Shown here: one piece after another, positions 41,112 through 50,623 of the stretch | Numbering within the stretch: position 1 is the stretch's first letter | Layout of the letters: every line of letters begins with the position of its first letter | Assembly: GCA_019456305.1 (NCBI GenBank) | Contig: VRUD01000002.1 | Span: 20,118 to 84,117 of the forward strand | Reading direction: 5' to 3' | DNA: 64,000 bases | Source of the DNA: Cytophagales bacterium | GTDB taxonomy: Bacteria > Bacteroidota > Bacteroidia > Cytophagales > VRUD01 | The notes under the pieces: generated by a model | Database searches by the model: none | The model's input: only the letters and a program-made list of their open reading frames with translations | Told to the model about the DNA's origin: nothing | Translations under genes and position numbers: made by a program

Positions 41112-43889
41112 TCAAACTATATCATCATCCTGCTTTTTATTTTTCAGATCCCTGCCTCTTAAATATCTCCTCAAAAACAACTGCACCGGCAGCAAGGTTG
41201 AAGCCAGTACCAAATTTAACAAGGTTTTGATGATAGGAGCGCTTCCAACATATTCTTCGTACAAAGGTTCGCACAAATTTTGGATAAATTCAAAAATAAC
41301 GAATAATGTGATATACACCATTATAGTGACTGTTCTGCCTTTACTGCCTTTACGGCTTGCTAATAAAGTACCTCCTATCAAAAGCATAAAAAACAGCAAC
41401 TGTGCGCTGTAGAACCAGCCAGTTTCCCAATAAGGCGGGGTAATAGTAATTGCAACAAAGATCCCATTTTGCCAAATGCCGTCATTATTGGAAGCTTTGA
41501 CCTTAAAAACATAATCGCCAGGGTCAATGTTTGTGTATTTTGCAATTCTGTTGCCGGCATCGCAATAGGTCCAGTCCTTGTCAAAATCTGCCAGCTTGTA
41601 GGCATATTGATTTTTCAGGGGGTCTGTAAAATCAAGTGCAGCAAATTCAAAGACGAAATTATTTTCATCATAGCTTAGCGTAACATTATTATTTTCATTG
41701 AGATCTTTAACAATTTGCCTGTTTTTAACTTTAAATTTTGTAATGGCGATGGGGGGTAGGTGTGGGTTGTCCACTACACTATCAGGATGAAAGATGTTAA
41801 ATCCGTGCATGCCTCCAAACACCATCTCACCTGTTTTTAATTTGCAATGTGCCTTGGTAAATTCGTTGTTCTGTAATCCGTCAGATTCGGTATAGATTCG
41901 AAAGGTTTCTCTTTCGGTGTCAAACTTCACAAGACCTTTATCAGTGCTTATCCATAGATAGCCGTGATCATCTTCCAGCATGCCTCCGATATTATTGCCG
42001 GGCAGTCCGTTTTCTGTTGTATAATGGCTGAAATTTCTTTTTTCTTTATTGAACTTGTTTAACCCATTGCTACCAATCCATACAATACCTCTGCTGTCTT
42101 CAAAAATTACAGTTATCGCATCACCCCCACCCCAAAATGTCGTTGAATCATGGGGTTTGTAAATAAAATGTTCTACTTCATCGTTTTCAAGGTTCATGCG
42201 GCATAATTTTCCATCAGTGGTGCCAACCCAAAGGTAACCTTTGCTGTCTTCATATATTTTTTTTGATAAACTATACAGGTAAGATAATTCATGAAGTTGT
42301 TTTTGGTAATATTTGCCTTTTTGTTTATCAAACAATTTTACACCCTGATTTCCCCATATTCCAACCCAAAAATTACCTTTGCTGTCTTCAAATAGATCAT
42401 GTATCCAGTCATAGTTATTATTATATATGAAAAAGCTATCGTTTTTTTTATCATACCTGAGCAATCCGTTGTTAGCTGCCCACAAACCAACCCACATAGT
42501 GCCGGATCTATCTTTATAAATCACTTGAACTTGATCTCTTTTGGTGTTAGCCGTATTAAACCGGTAATTTTTAAAAGTTCCATTTTTGCGGTCAAATACG
42601 TCCAGTCCTTTATCTTCCGTTCCGATCCACAGATTTCCATCATCATCTTCTATTATTGTTCTTATCCTGTTTGATGAAAGGGAATTATTATCTCCAACAA
42701 TATGCCTGTAATGTTTAAATTTGTACTTGTTCCTGCTGTATTTGCTGATGCCCTGGCCGGTTCCAATCCAAATATTTCCAGCTCTGTCTTCGTATATTTT
42801 ATTGATAGTATTATCAATTAGTGAACCCGGATCATTTTGATTATGTGGAGTGAATAATAGCTTGTTTTTTAAAACATCATACCTACAAACTCCTTCTTCT
42901 CTCATATAACCACCAAACCAGATCAATCCACGCCTATCTTCAATTATATCATACACTGGTCCGACAGGGAATTTTTGAAAATCCTGACGTTTAGGAAAGT
43001 GTTTGAAAAAATCAGGTCGATTTGCCAGATATGTATACCAATGTTGATCCCCAAGCCAGAGGTTTCCATAACGATCATTTAAAATACAACTTAAACATCC
43101 ACCTTTAATACCGGGAATTTCTTTGCTGCCCCTCTCATATATTTTCATTGTTTCCTCATCTCTATCAAATTTTATAAGACCAATACCACAACTCACGATC
43201 CACAAATTACCTCCCTTGTCTTCGTATATTTGATGTGCAGGATAATTTGGATGTCTATACTCACTGCCATGTTCAAAATGTTTAAACCTTGTTCCGAGCC
43301 CCGCCAAAGGCGGGGAGGGATCTCTTTTTTTATCACTAGTTCCTTTATTAACAGATCCTTTGCTGTCGCTCAGGACAAGCTTATTCAACACCCCATCTGC
43401 GGTCTCAATCCATAGTATTCCGCTTTTGTCGGCATAGATTTCCCTTACATAGTTATCGCTTAAGCTATTTTTATTATCCACATCATGGAAATAGTTAATG
43501 AACAGCTCATTGTTCCTGTCGTATTTATTCAGTCCTTTAAGAGTACCAATCCATAAATTACCGTAAATATCTTCTGTGATGGAAGAAATATAGTTGTCAG
43601 AGATCGTAGTGGAATCATGTGGTTTGTTAGTGTAAATTTGAAACTGGTATCCATCATACTTATTTAATCCTTCATAGGTTCCGATCCACAAAAACCCATA
43701 TTTATCCTGGAAGATATCTAATATCTCATTGTTGCTTAATCCGTCTGCTGTAGTGAGATTATCGAACTTTGATTGGGTGTCTTTTATTTTAATTACTTTG
43801 AACCTGTTACTGGAGTGATTGTAGGTTTGGGCTGTAATTTTTTCTCCCCAAAAAATGCCTGCAAGGATAAGTAGTGTGTTGATTTTCAT
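41112..43889 (-). CDS. Reg_prop/Y_Y_Y sensor paralog A ending in the conserved 3-TM module
   Basis: 925 aa. Signal peptide, many 'DGL.NN.I..I.ED..GN.WIGT..GL.K(Y/F)' blades, Y_Y_Y 'NNFVFEFAALDFT..NQYAYKL..FDKDW'. The C-terminus is 'WFYSAQLLFFMLLIGGTLLASRKG..FEFIQNLCEPLYEEYVGSAPIIKTLLNLVLASTLLPVQLFLRRYLRG'. Confidence 0.9.
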   Translation of the reverse strand: MKINTLLILAGIFWGEKITAQTYNHSSNRFKVIKIKDTQSKFDNLTTADGLSNNEILDIFQDKYGFLWIGTYEGLNKYDGYQFQIYTNKPHDSTTISDNYISSITEDIYGNLWIGTLKGLNKYDRNNELFINYFHDVDNKNSLSDNYVREIYADKSGILWIETADGVLNKLVLSDSKGSVNKGTSDKKRDPSPPLAGLGTRFKHFEHGSEYRHPNYPAHQIYEDKGGNLWIVSCGIGLIKFDRDEETMKIYERGSKEIPGIKGGCLSCILNDRYGNLWLGDQHWYTYLANRPDFFKHFPKRQDFQKFPVGPVYDIIEDRRGLIWFGGYMREEGVCRYDVLKNKLLFTPHNQNDPGSLIDNTINKIYEDRAGNIWIGTGQGISKYSRNKYKFKHYRHIVGDNNSLSSNRIRTIIEDDDGNLWIGTEDKGLDVFDRKNGTFKNYRFNTANTKRDQVQVIYKDRSGTMWVGLWAANNGLLRYDKKNDSFFIYNNNYDWIHDLFEDSKGNFWVGIWGNQGVKLFDKQKGKYYQKQLHELSYLYSLSKKIYEDSKGYLWVGTTDGKLCRMNLENDEVEHFIYKPHDSTTFWGGGDAITVIFEDSRGIVWIGSNGLNKFNKEKRNFSHYTTENGLPGNNIGGMLEDDHGYLWISTDKGLVKFDTERETFRIYTESDGLQNNEFTKAHCKLKTGEMVFGGMHGFNIFHPDSVVDNPHLPPIAITKFKVKNRQIVKDLNENNNVTLSYDENNFVFEFAALDFTDPLKNQYAYKLADFDKDWTYCDAGNRIAKYTNIDPGDYVFKVKASNNDGIWQNGIFVAITITPPYWETGWFYSAQLLFFMLLIGGTLLASRKGSKGRTVTIMVYITLFVIFEFIQNLCEPLYEEYVGSAPIIKTLLNLVLASTLLPVQLFLRRYLRGRDLKNKKQDDDIV

Positions 43890-43996
43890 AATGGAATATA
43901 CTTCAGAACATTCACCCTATGGAATTACCAATAGATCGGGAAGCGAAGCTATTCTACAGGGTAAATGTTTGCGTTTTAGCGATTTACAAAATCGCT

Positions 43997-46663
43997 TTAC
44001 ATCAATTCCCCTTTATCCTTTCCTTTCTGCTGTTTACCTCTCAGATATTTCCTCAAAAACAACTGCACCGGCAGCAAAGTTGAAGCCAGTACCAAATTTA
44101 ACAAGGTTTTGATGATAGGAGCGCTTCCAACATATTCTTCGTACAAAGGTTCACATAAATTTTGGATAAACTCAAAGATCACAAACAAACAGATATAAAC
44201 GAGTATGGTGATTGTGCGTGTTCCGGCACCTTTACGGCTGGCAATCAAGGTGCCTCCGATGAGCGCCATGAAGAACAGCAGCTCGGCGCTGTAAAACCAC
44301 CAGGATTGCCAGTAAGGTGGTTTGATGGTGAAGAAAAAGGTTGTAGGTTTCCAATTCCAAACACCATCATTATTGCAGGCGATAACCTTGAATGTGTATT
44401 TTCCCGGATTAAGGTTGGAGTATGTGAAGTGTGTTTCCTGAGTTTCGGATGACCATTTTTCATCAAATCCTTTAAGCTGATAACGGTAATGCACTTTTTC
44501 AGGTATGGTCAGAGAGATACCTATGTATTCGAAGGTGAGATGGTTTTTGTTGTAGGGTAGCACTAAACCAATTGGCATGCCGCTGTTTACAGAATCACAG
44601 TAAGGATGCCAATCTTCTTCACCTGAGAAGAGTTTTATTGCAGTAATATGTGTTAAGGGCTCAATTGTATTGGGTATATCTGCATTGGGATTGTATTTTA
44701 CTGCGCCTTTAGTAGTACCAAACCATAAATTTCCTTTTTTATCAATGCAGATATTAGACCCACATTCGGTCCCCCTGAAACCCTCTTGTATACCATAATG
44801 TTTAAATTTTTTCTTGCCTGTTTTGTTGTAAAGGGCTACATCAAATTTATTAATCCCTCTACCGGTAGCAGCCCATAAATTTCCGCTACGGTCAAAAATT
44901 AGTGATGCGATGATGTCATTGCTTAAGCCATCTTGAGTTGTAAAGCTGTCAATAACTTCTAAAGTTTTTTTATGATGAAATTTGCATTTAAAAATACCTT
45001 CTCCGTCAGTTCCAAACCACAGATTGCCTTGCAGGTCCTGGGTGATACTAAATACTGCTTTATAAGTGAAACTTTCATTTGCAGAAATGTTTTTAATAGT
45101 ATCCCCATTAAATACATTGACGCCACCACCATAGGTTCCGAACCACATATTGTAAGATATGTCTTCATAGATGCATAAAATTCTATTCGGATTTCTGCCA
45201 CCTTCCACTCTAAAATACTCTTTCTTTTTTCCGTCATATCTATATGCTCCGGCACCTCCTGAGCCAAACCACATATTACCTGAATGATCCTCATAAACAC
45301 ACATCCAGCCATTGAAAGGAACGCTAATCAATTCATTGTTATGAAATTGAAAACCTCCTGTTCTCGCCATATCATGCGAAAACCATATATCTCCGTTTTT
45401 ATCCTCTGCAACGGAAGTAATTCTGCTAATGGGCAAACCCTCTATTGAAGTAAAATTTGTAAACCCGCTATTGTCAGCACTTAAAGAATCGGGGCTATAC
45501 TTACTGATCCCCCCTTCGGTCGCGAACCAACTATTACCATTACGGTCTTCAATAATCCCATTGATCGTATTATTTACCAATCCAACTTCTTCATTATAAT
45601 AAGTAAACTTTTCGCCATTATATTTACAAACGTCACTGCCAAAAGTTCCAATCCAGATATTTCCTTCCCTATCATGTAATATTGACCACGTGGAATTAAT
45701 AGGGAGTCCCTGCTTTGTTGTAAAGTTGGTAAAAACCTTACCGTCATATTTGAATATTCCTCTTTCAAATGTTGCAATCCAGATATTGCCTTCAACATCT
45801 TTTGTCAACCCGATCATTGGAGAACCAAGTGCAAAACTTGTGATGTTATCTCCATCATGCCCATGTGGGTCAAATTTTTTTATGCTTCCACTCCAGGACA
45901 CACACCAAATACTACCATCATCATCTTCAACAATTCCAAAGCTTGCTGCAATTGAGCTTACCTTAATAACAGTATCACCCGTTGTTCCTTTCGGATCATA
46001 TTTAAAAAGTCCGCCACGCAATGCTCCAAACCACAGATTATCCTCATTATCCTGCATCATTGCACCGATCACGTTGCTTTTATATTTGCTGTTGATCTGA
46101 TAATTTTTAAATAAAATTGTATCAACCCCGCCTGTTTGCGGGGCTGAGTCTTTTTGATCAATGGTAGAACCTTGCGAATAATATGAAATAAGCTTGTTTG
46201 TGCCAACCCATAAATTTCCATCTTTATCTACAAGCAATGACCTGACGAAATTATAGGGTAATCCATTTTTAGTTGTATAAGCAGTAAATTTTGTACCATC
46301 AAATTTACTTAAGCCATTTGTTGTACCGAACCACATATTCCCATCATGATCTTCAGCAATAGAAAGTACCCTGTAATTGAGCAAGCCGGCTTTATCCGTA
46401 AAATTTTTAAAAGTTTTACCGTCAAACCGGCTCACACCGCCATGGGTGCCAAACCAGATGTAGCCCCTGCTGTCCTGGTACATGCATTCAATGGCTGATT
46501 GCACCAGGCCGTTTTCTACGGTGTAATAGGAAAAGTTATGCTGCCCTTCTGCTGGGCGGACAGATTGAGCCCATGATTCAAGATTAAAAATTGTTGAACA
46601 AAGCAAAATCCCGATGATAATCTGGAAAAATAGGAGAATGGATATGATTTGTAATTTTTTCAT
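43997..46663 (-). CDS. Reg_prop/Y_Y_Y sensor paralog B ending in the conserved 3-TM module
   Basis: 888 aa with the same architecture. Y_Y_Y 'NHLTFEYIGISLTIPEKVHYRYQLKGFDEKW'. C-terminal module as in paralog A. Confidence 0.9.
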   Translation of the reverse strand: MKKLQIISILLFFQIIIGILLCSTIFNLESWAQSVRPAEGQHNFSYYTVENGLVQSAIECMYQDSRGYIWFGTHGGVSRFDGKTFKNFTDKAGLLNYRVLSIAEDHDGNMWFGTTNGLSKFDGTKFTAYTTKNGLPYNFVRSLLVDKDGNLWVGTNKLISYYSQGSTIDQKDSAPQTGGVDTILFKNYQINSKYKSNVIGAMMQDNEDNLWFGALRGGLFKYDPKGTTGDTVIKVSSIAASFGIVEDDDGSIWCVSWSGSIKKFDPHGHDGDNITSFALGSPMIGLTKDVEGNIWIATFERGIFKYDGKVFTNFTTKQGLPINSTWSILHDREGNIWIGTFGSDVCKYNGEKFTYYNEEVGLVNNTINGIIEDRNGNSWFATEGGISKYSPDSLSADNSGFTNFTSIEGLPISRITSVAEDKNGDIWFSHDMARTGGFQFHNNELISVPFNGWMCVYEDHSGNMWFGSGGAGAYRYDGKKKEYFRVEGGRNPNRILCIYEDISYNMWFGTYGGGVNVFNGDTIKNISANESFTYKAVFSITQDLQGNLWFGTDGEGIFKCKFHHKKTLEVIDSFTTQDGLSNDIIASLIFDRSGNLWAATGRGINKFDVALYNKTGKKKFKHYGIQEGFRGTECGSNICIDKKGNLWFGTTKGAVKYNPNADIPNTIEPLTHITAIKLFSGEEDWHPYCDSVNSGMPIGLVLPYNKNHLTFEYIGISLTIPEKVHYRYQLKGFDEKWSSETQETHFTYSNLNPGKYTFKVIACNNDGVWNWKPTTFFFTIKPPYWQSWWFYSAELLFFMALIGGTLIASRKGAGTRTITILVYICLFVIFEFIQNLCEPLYEEYVGSAPIIKTLLNLVLASTLLPVQLFLRKYLRGKQQKGKDKGELM

Positions 46664-46798
46664 CCTGCTTAAATTTTAATGACTGTCCGTTTGTTTATAC
46701 CTATCTGTTTTATTTAGCGCATGACTGCATGCATCCATCCCGAGTACTCGGGAATCATGCTAAGTATAGTTATTAGGTATAACAAAGCGGATAACCAT

Positions 46799-49700
46799 TT
46801 AAATTTTAATCCCAATAACCAACACATCATCTATCTGCTCCTCATTGCCTTTCCATTTTTCAAAGGTAATATCTAATTTTTCACGCTGCTGTTCCATTGA
46901 AAGATCCTGTATTTCAAGGATAAGCTCTTTGAATCGTTTGTAGGAAAACTTTCTTCCTTCAGAGCCACCAAATTGATCAGCATAGCCATCTGAAAACAGG
47001 TAGATGCTGTCCCCTTTTTTTAAATTAATGGTATGGTCTGTAAAAATTTTTGTTCTGCCCCTGCTATCTGTTTCGCCCACCTTATCAATGCCAATCGGAA
47101 AACTGTTGCCTTTGACCTCACACAGATCATCACCAAAGGTGCGGACTTTATCATTATGCCCCAAGTCCCCCAGCTCGTGGATGATGTTTTTTCTAATTAT
47201 GTATAAAGGATTGTAAGCGCCAGCATATTGTAGTGAACGGGCATGCCCGTTCACTACACCTATACTGCAAATAGCAATATCCATCCCATCTTTTGTTTCA
47301 GAGCCCTCACCTGTTTGTTTTAAGGCATTCACAATACCATCATTGAGCTCTCCCAATATCTTTGCCGGTTGGTTAATTTTCCTTTTATTTATTATTTCAT
47401 TTAACAGGTCATTGCCTATCATGCTCATAAAGGCCCCGGGCACGCCATGGCCGGTGCAATCAACTGCCGCTATAATAAAAGAGGCCCCCCTATCAGTCCC
47501 CCCTAAATCCCCCCCAAAGGGGGGGACTTTGCCATCGCTTTTGCCTTGGGGAAGGGTAGAGTGTTGGCCAGTTCTCCCCCCTTTGGGGGGAGTTAGAGGG
47601 GGGCTGATGGGGCTGCTAAACCAATAAAAATCTCCACTCACAATATCCTTTGGCTTAAACAAAATGAATGACTGCGGAAAAACTTTATTGACCACATCAA
47701 CAGGAGGGAGAATAGCTTCTTGTATCAACTTTGCATAATTGATGCTATCTGTAATATCCTTATTCCTTTGTTCAATAACTTCATTGGTCTGAGCAATTTC
47801 CTCATTCAAAAAGTTTAACTCTTCATTCGTTATTTTCAATTCATCTCTTTGTACCGTTAATTCTTCTTTTTGCATTAGTATTTCCTCTTTCTGCGTCATA
47901 ACTTCAGCAGTACGTATTTTCACTTGATGCTCTAACTTCTTTTTTGCCTTTTGTAAATTTCTCACACGCCAACTATAAAAACCATAAATACTGCTCCCAC
48001 CGGTAATAAAACATAGCATATAAAACAATAAGGTTTGCCAAAAAGGAGGGGTGATGATAAAACTAAAAGTGGTTGGCTTTTTATTCCAGACTCCATCATT
48101 ATTACATGCTTTTACTTTTAGGATGTATTTTCCGGGCGGAATATTGGAATAGGTTACTTCATTTTTTTTTGTAATTGGCGACCAGTGTTGATCAAACCCG
48201 TCTAATATCCACTGATATCGCACTTTTTCCGGAATTTTAGTACTGATCCCGACAAAATCAAAAGTAAGATGATTTTGATTGTAGGATAGTTTCAAATTCA
48301 AGGGTAAAGCAAACCAGGGAGAAAAGCTATCAATCTGATAGTGGGAGCGCCATTTTGCACTGTTTACTTCTTCAAAAAACAGTTTTATTCCTGTAATGTA
48401 TGTTCTTGCCTCAACCATATTAGGCTTATCTTCTTTAGGGGAATATTTGTTGACGTCATTCACTGTACCAAACCACAGATTTCCTTTTGAGTCTCTGTAA
48501 ACAGCATTATTATTACACTCAACGCCCCTGAATCCATCTAATATAGAATATTGTTTAATTTTATAAGAGCCATTACTACTATCCGGGATAATTTTGTTGA
48601 TCCCGTTATTTGTCCCTGCCCAGATATTTCCCTCATCATCAACTATGAGGGAAACAATTGCGGCATTGGTTAAGCCGTCTTTAGTAGTAATATAAGACCA
48701 TGAATTATCAGGATGCAATATTGAAATCCCCTCGCCATAAGTGCCAAACCAACTATTTTGATAATTATCTTCAATAATTGATATAACACGGTGGTCGCTT
48801 AAACCTTCAATAAATTTTCCTACTAAATTGGGTAAGTTTTTTTTAAATTTCTTCACATGCTCCTTTTTAATAAAATGCGTGAATTTTTCGTTGGAAATAT
48901 CATCACTTGCTTTGTTGAGCAAACTTACACCTTCGCTCGTACCAAGCCATATTCTTCCTTTGCTGTCTTCATAAATTTTATTAACAGTGTTCCCAATGAT
49001 CCCTGTTTGAGTGTTATAATTAATAAATGAACCGGGTTTGTTTGAAAGGGAGTATTCCGGATTCAAGTATAAAAATTTAACAGCGCCTCCTCCTTCAGTA
49101 CCTACCCATAAATTTCCCCTGCTATCCACGAGCATTGAAAATATGTGATCGCTTGTCAGCCCATCAAGTTCAATACAGTTTTTGTTTCCATCGGCACAGG
49201 ATTTTTTTCTTTTATAAATTAGAAACTTATTCCCCGGTGTGGTGATGTCTTTTTCAATTAATTTATTGATACCTCCTCCTAAGGTACCAATCCAAATATC
49301 TCCGTTCTTATCATCAACAATAGCATGGACAACGCTTTCACCGATTCCCTGATCCCATGAATATTGTGTAAAATTGTTTCCATCAAAATTAAATACACCG
49401 CCACCCCAGTTGCCAAACCACATTTGCCCATATTTGTCTTCATGAATGGAAACCGCTGATTTAATGTTTAGATAGGTAAAAATCTTACCACTAAACATAG
49501 AAGCTCCACCGCTATATCCACCAAACCAAAGATTACCCTCACGGTCTTCCATAATAGAAATGATATGGTTATTACATAAACCTTGCCCCTCGTGATACCG
49601 TAAAATAGCGCCGGTTTGGGGATCATATTTTTCTACACCAAAACCGTCATGACCGAACCAGATATTACCTGCCTTGTCTTCAAAAATATCCCAGACACGG

Positions 49701-50584
49701 TTGGTACTTAGGGCATCCTGTAATGGAAAAGGTAAAAAGGAAACTTTACTAAACCTTTGAGGTTTAGTAAAGTTATTATTCAAAGAATCAATATTACTGC
49801 TTTTATAAAAATTAATACTTTCTTCAGGTAAATATGAAATCCCCCCTCTCCAACTGCTGACCCAGATATTTCCCTTTTTGTCTGGGAGTATGGCTCTTAC
49901 AAAATTATTGCTTAAACCCTGTTGTCGTGTAAAGTGTATGAAATCCGGATTAGCCACTTCATTTTGATAATAATCTGCTAATAAAAGATTTATTCCCCCA
50001 CCCCAGGTGCCAAACCAAATATTTTGATTCATATCTTTAACAATGGTGTTGACATAGCTATTGCTCAAGCCTTCATTTTTAGTATAATTTGTGATCTTAA
50101 AAGTATCTTTTGGGAATGTAGTATGGTTGGCAGTCAGCACACTAACACCTGCCGGTGTTCCAATCCAGATATTTCCACTTTTATCATTAAGTAGGGCAAG
50201 GGCAGTATTATCAACCAAACCAAACTCAGTAGTGATATTCTTAAAAACTTTTCCATCAAAGATGCTTACACCTCCATCTGTCCCAAGCCACATACGCCCT
50301 TTGTTGTCTTCAATAATTGCATAAACAAAGTTATTGGCAAGGCCATCATCAGTTGTAAAGTTTTTAAAAGAAACACCATCATAGCTGCTGACACCACCTT
50401 CTGTTGCAAACCAGATGTATCCCCTGCTGTCTTCATACATTGCATTTACCTGCGACTGTGCCAGGCCATTTTCAACCGTAAAATTTTTGAAGTTGTATTG
50501 CTGTGCAGAGCAGTAAGCAGTACGCAGTATGCAATAAGCAATTAACAGAGCAAGATAAATTGTAGGAACGATATTTCTTAGCAT
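46799..50584 (-). CDS. Reg_prop/Y_Y_Y sensor paralog C with one TM, a coiled coil and a SpoIIE/PP2C phosphatase domain
   Basis: 1261 aa. Y_Y_Y 'NHLTFDFVGISTKIPEKVRYQWILDGFDQHW'. TM 'LLFYMLCFITGGSSIYGFYSW'. Heptad-rich linker. PP2C 'SGDFYWF','AAVDCTGHGVPGAFMSM','DGMDIAIC','FSDGYADQFGG'. Confidence 0.9.
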   Translation of the reverse strand: MLRNIVPTIYLALLIAYCILRTAYCSAQQYNFKNFTVENGLAQSQVNAMYEDSRGYIWFATEGGVSSYDGVSFKNFTTDDGLANNFVYAIIEDNKGRMWLGTDGGVSIFDGKVFKNITTEFGLVDNTALALLNDKSGNIWIGTPAGVSVLTANHTTFPKDTFKITNYTKNEGLSNSYVNTIVKDMNQNIWFGTWGGGINLLLADYYQNEVANPDFIHFTRQQGLSNNFVRAILPDKKGNIWVSSWRGGISYLPEESINFYKSSNIDSLNNNFTKPQRFSKVSFLPFPLQDALSTNRVWDIFEDKAGNIWFGHDGFGVEKYDPQTGAILRYHEGQGLCNNHIISIMEDREGNLWFGGYSGGASMFSGKIFTYLNIKSAVSIHEDKYGQMWFGNWGGGVFNFDGNNFTQYSWDQGIGESVVHAIVDDKNGDIWIGTLGGGINKLIEKDITTPGNKFLIYKRKKSCADGNKNCIELDGLTSDHIFSMLVDSRGNLWVGTEGGGAVKFLYLNPEYSLSNKPGSFINYNTQTGIIGNTVNKIYEDSKGRIWLGTSEGVSLLNKASDDISNEKFTHFIKKEHVKKFKKNLPNLVGKFIEGLSDHRVISIIEDNYQNSWFGTYGEGISILHPDNSWSYITTKDGLTNAAIVSLIVDDEGNIWAGTNNGINKIIPDSSNGSYKIKQYSILDGFRGVECNNNAVYRDSKGNLWFGTVNDVNKYSPKEDKPNMVEARTYITGIKLFFEEVNSAKWRSHYQIDSFSPWFALPLNLKLSYNQNHLTFDFVGISTKIPEKVRYQWILDGFDQHWSPITKKNEVTYSNIPPGKYILKVKACNNDGVWNKKPTTFSFIITPPFWQTLLFYMLCFITGGSSIYGFYSWRVRNLQKAKKKLEHQVKIRTAEVMTQKEEILMQKEELTVQRDELKITNEELNFLNEEIAQTNEVIEQRNKDITDSINYAKLIQEAILPPVDVVNKVFPQSFILFKPKDIVSGDFYWFSSPISPPLTPPKGGRTGQHSTLPQGKSDGKVPPFGGDLGGTDRGASFIIAAVDCTGHGVPGAFMSMIGNDLLNEIINKRKINQPAKILGELNDGIVNALKQTGEGSETKDGMDIAICSIGVVNGHARSLQYAGAYNPLYIIRKNIIHELGDLGHNDKVRTFGDDLCEVKGNSFPIGIDKVGETDSRGRTKIFTDHTINLKKGDSIYLFSDGYADQFGGSEGRKFSYKRFKELILEIQDLSMEQQREKLDITFEKWKGNEEQIDDVLVIGIKI

Positions 50585-50623
50585 ATTTGTAAATTTAGAA
50601 CCATGGATATATGAAAAATCAAT

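Noticed and set aside
43976-43996. Hairpin agcgattt-acaa-aatcgct right after the paralog B stop as an intrinsic terminator
   Set aside because: The stem is present but no U-tract follows on the transcribed (minus) strand, so the evidence for a canonical terminator is insufficient.
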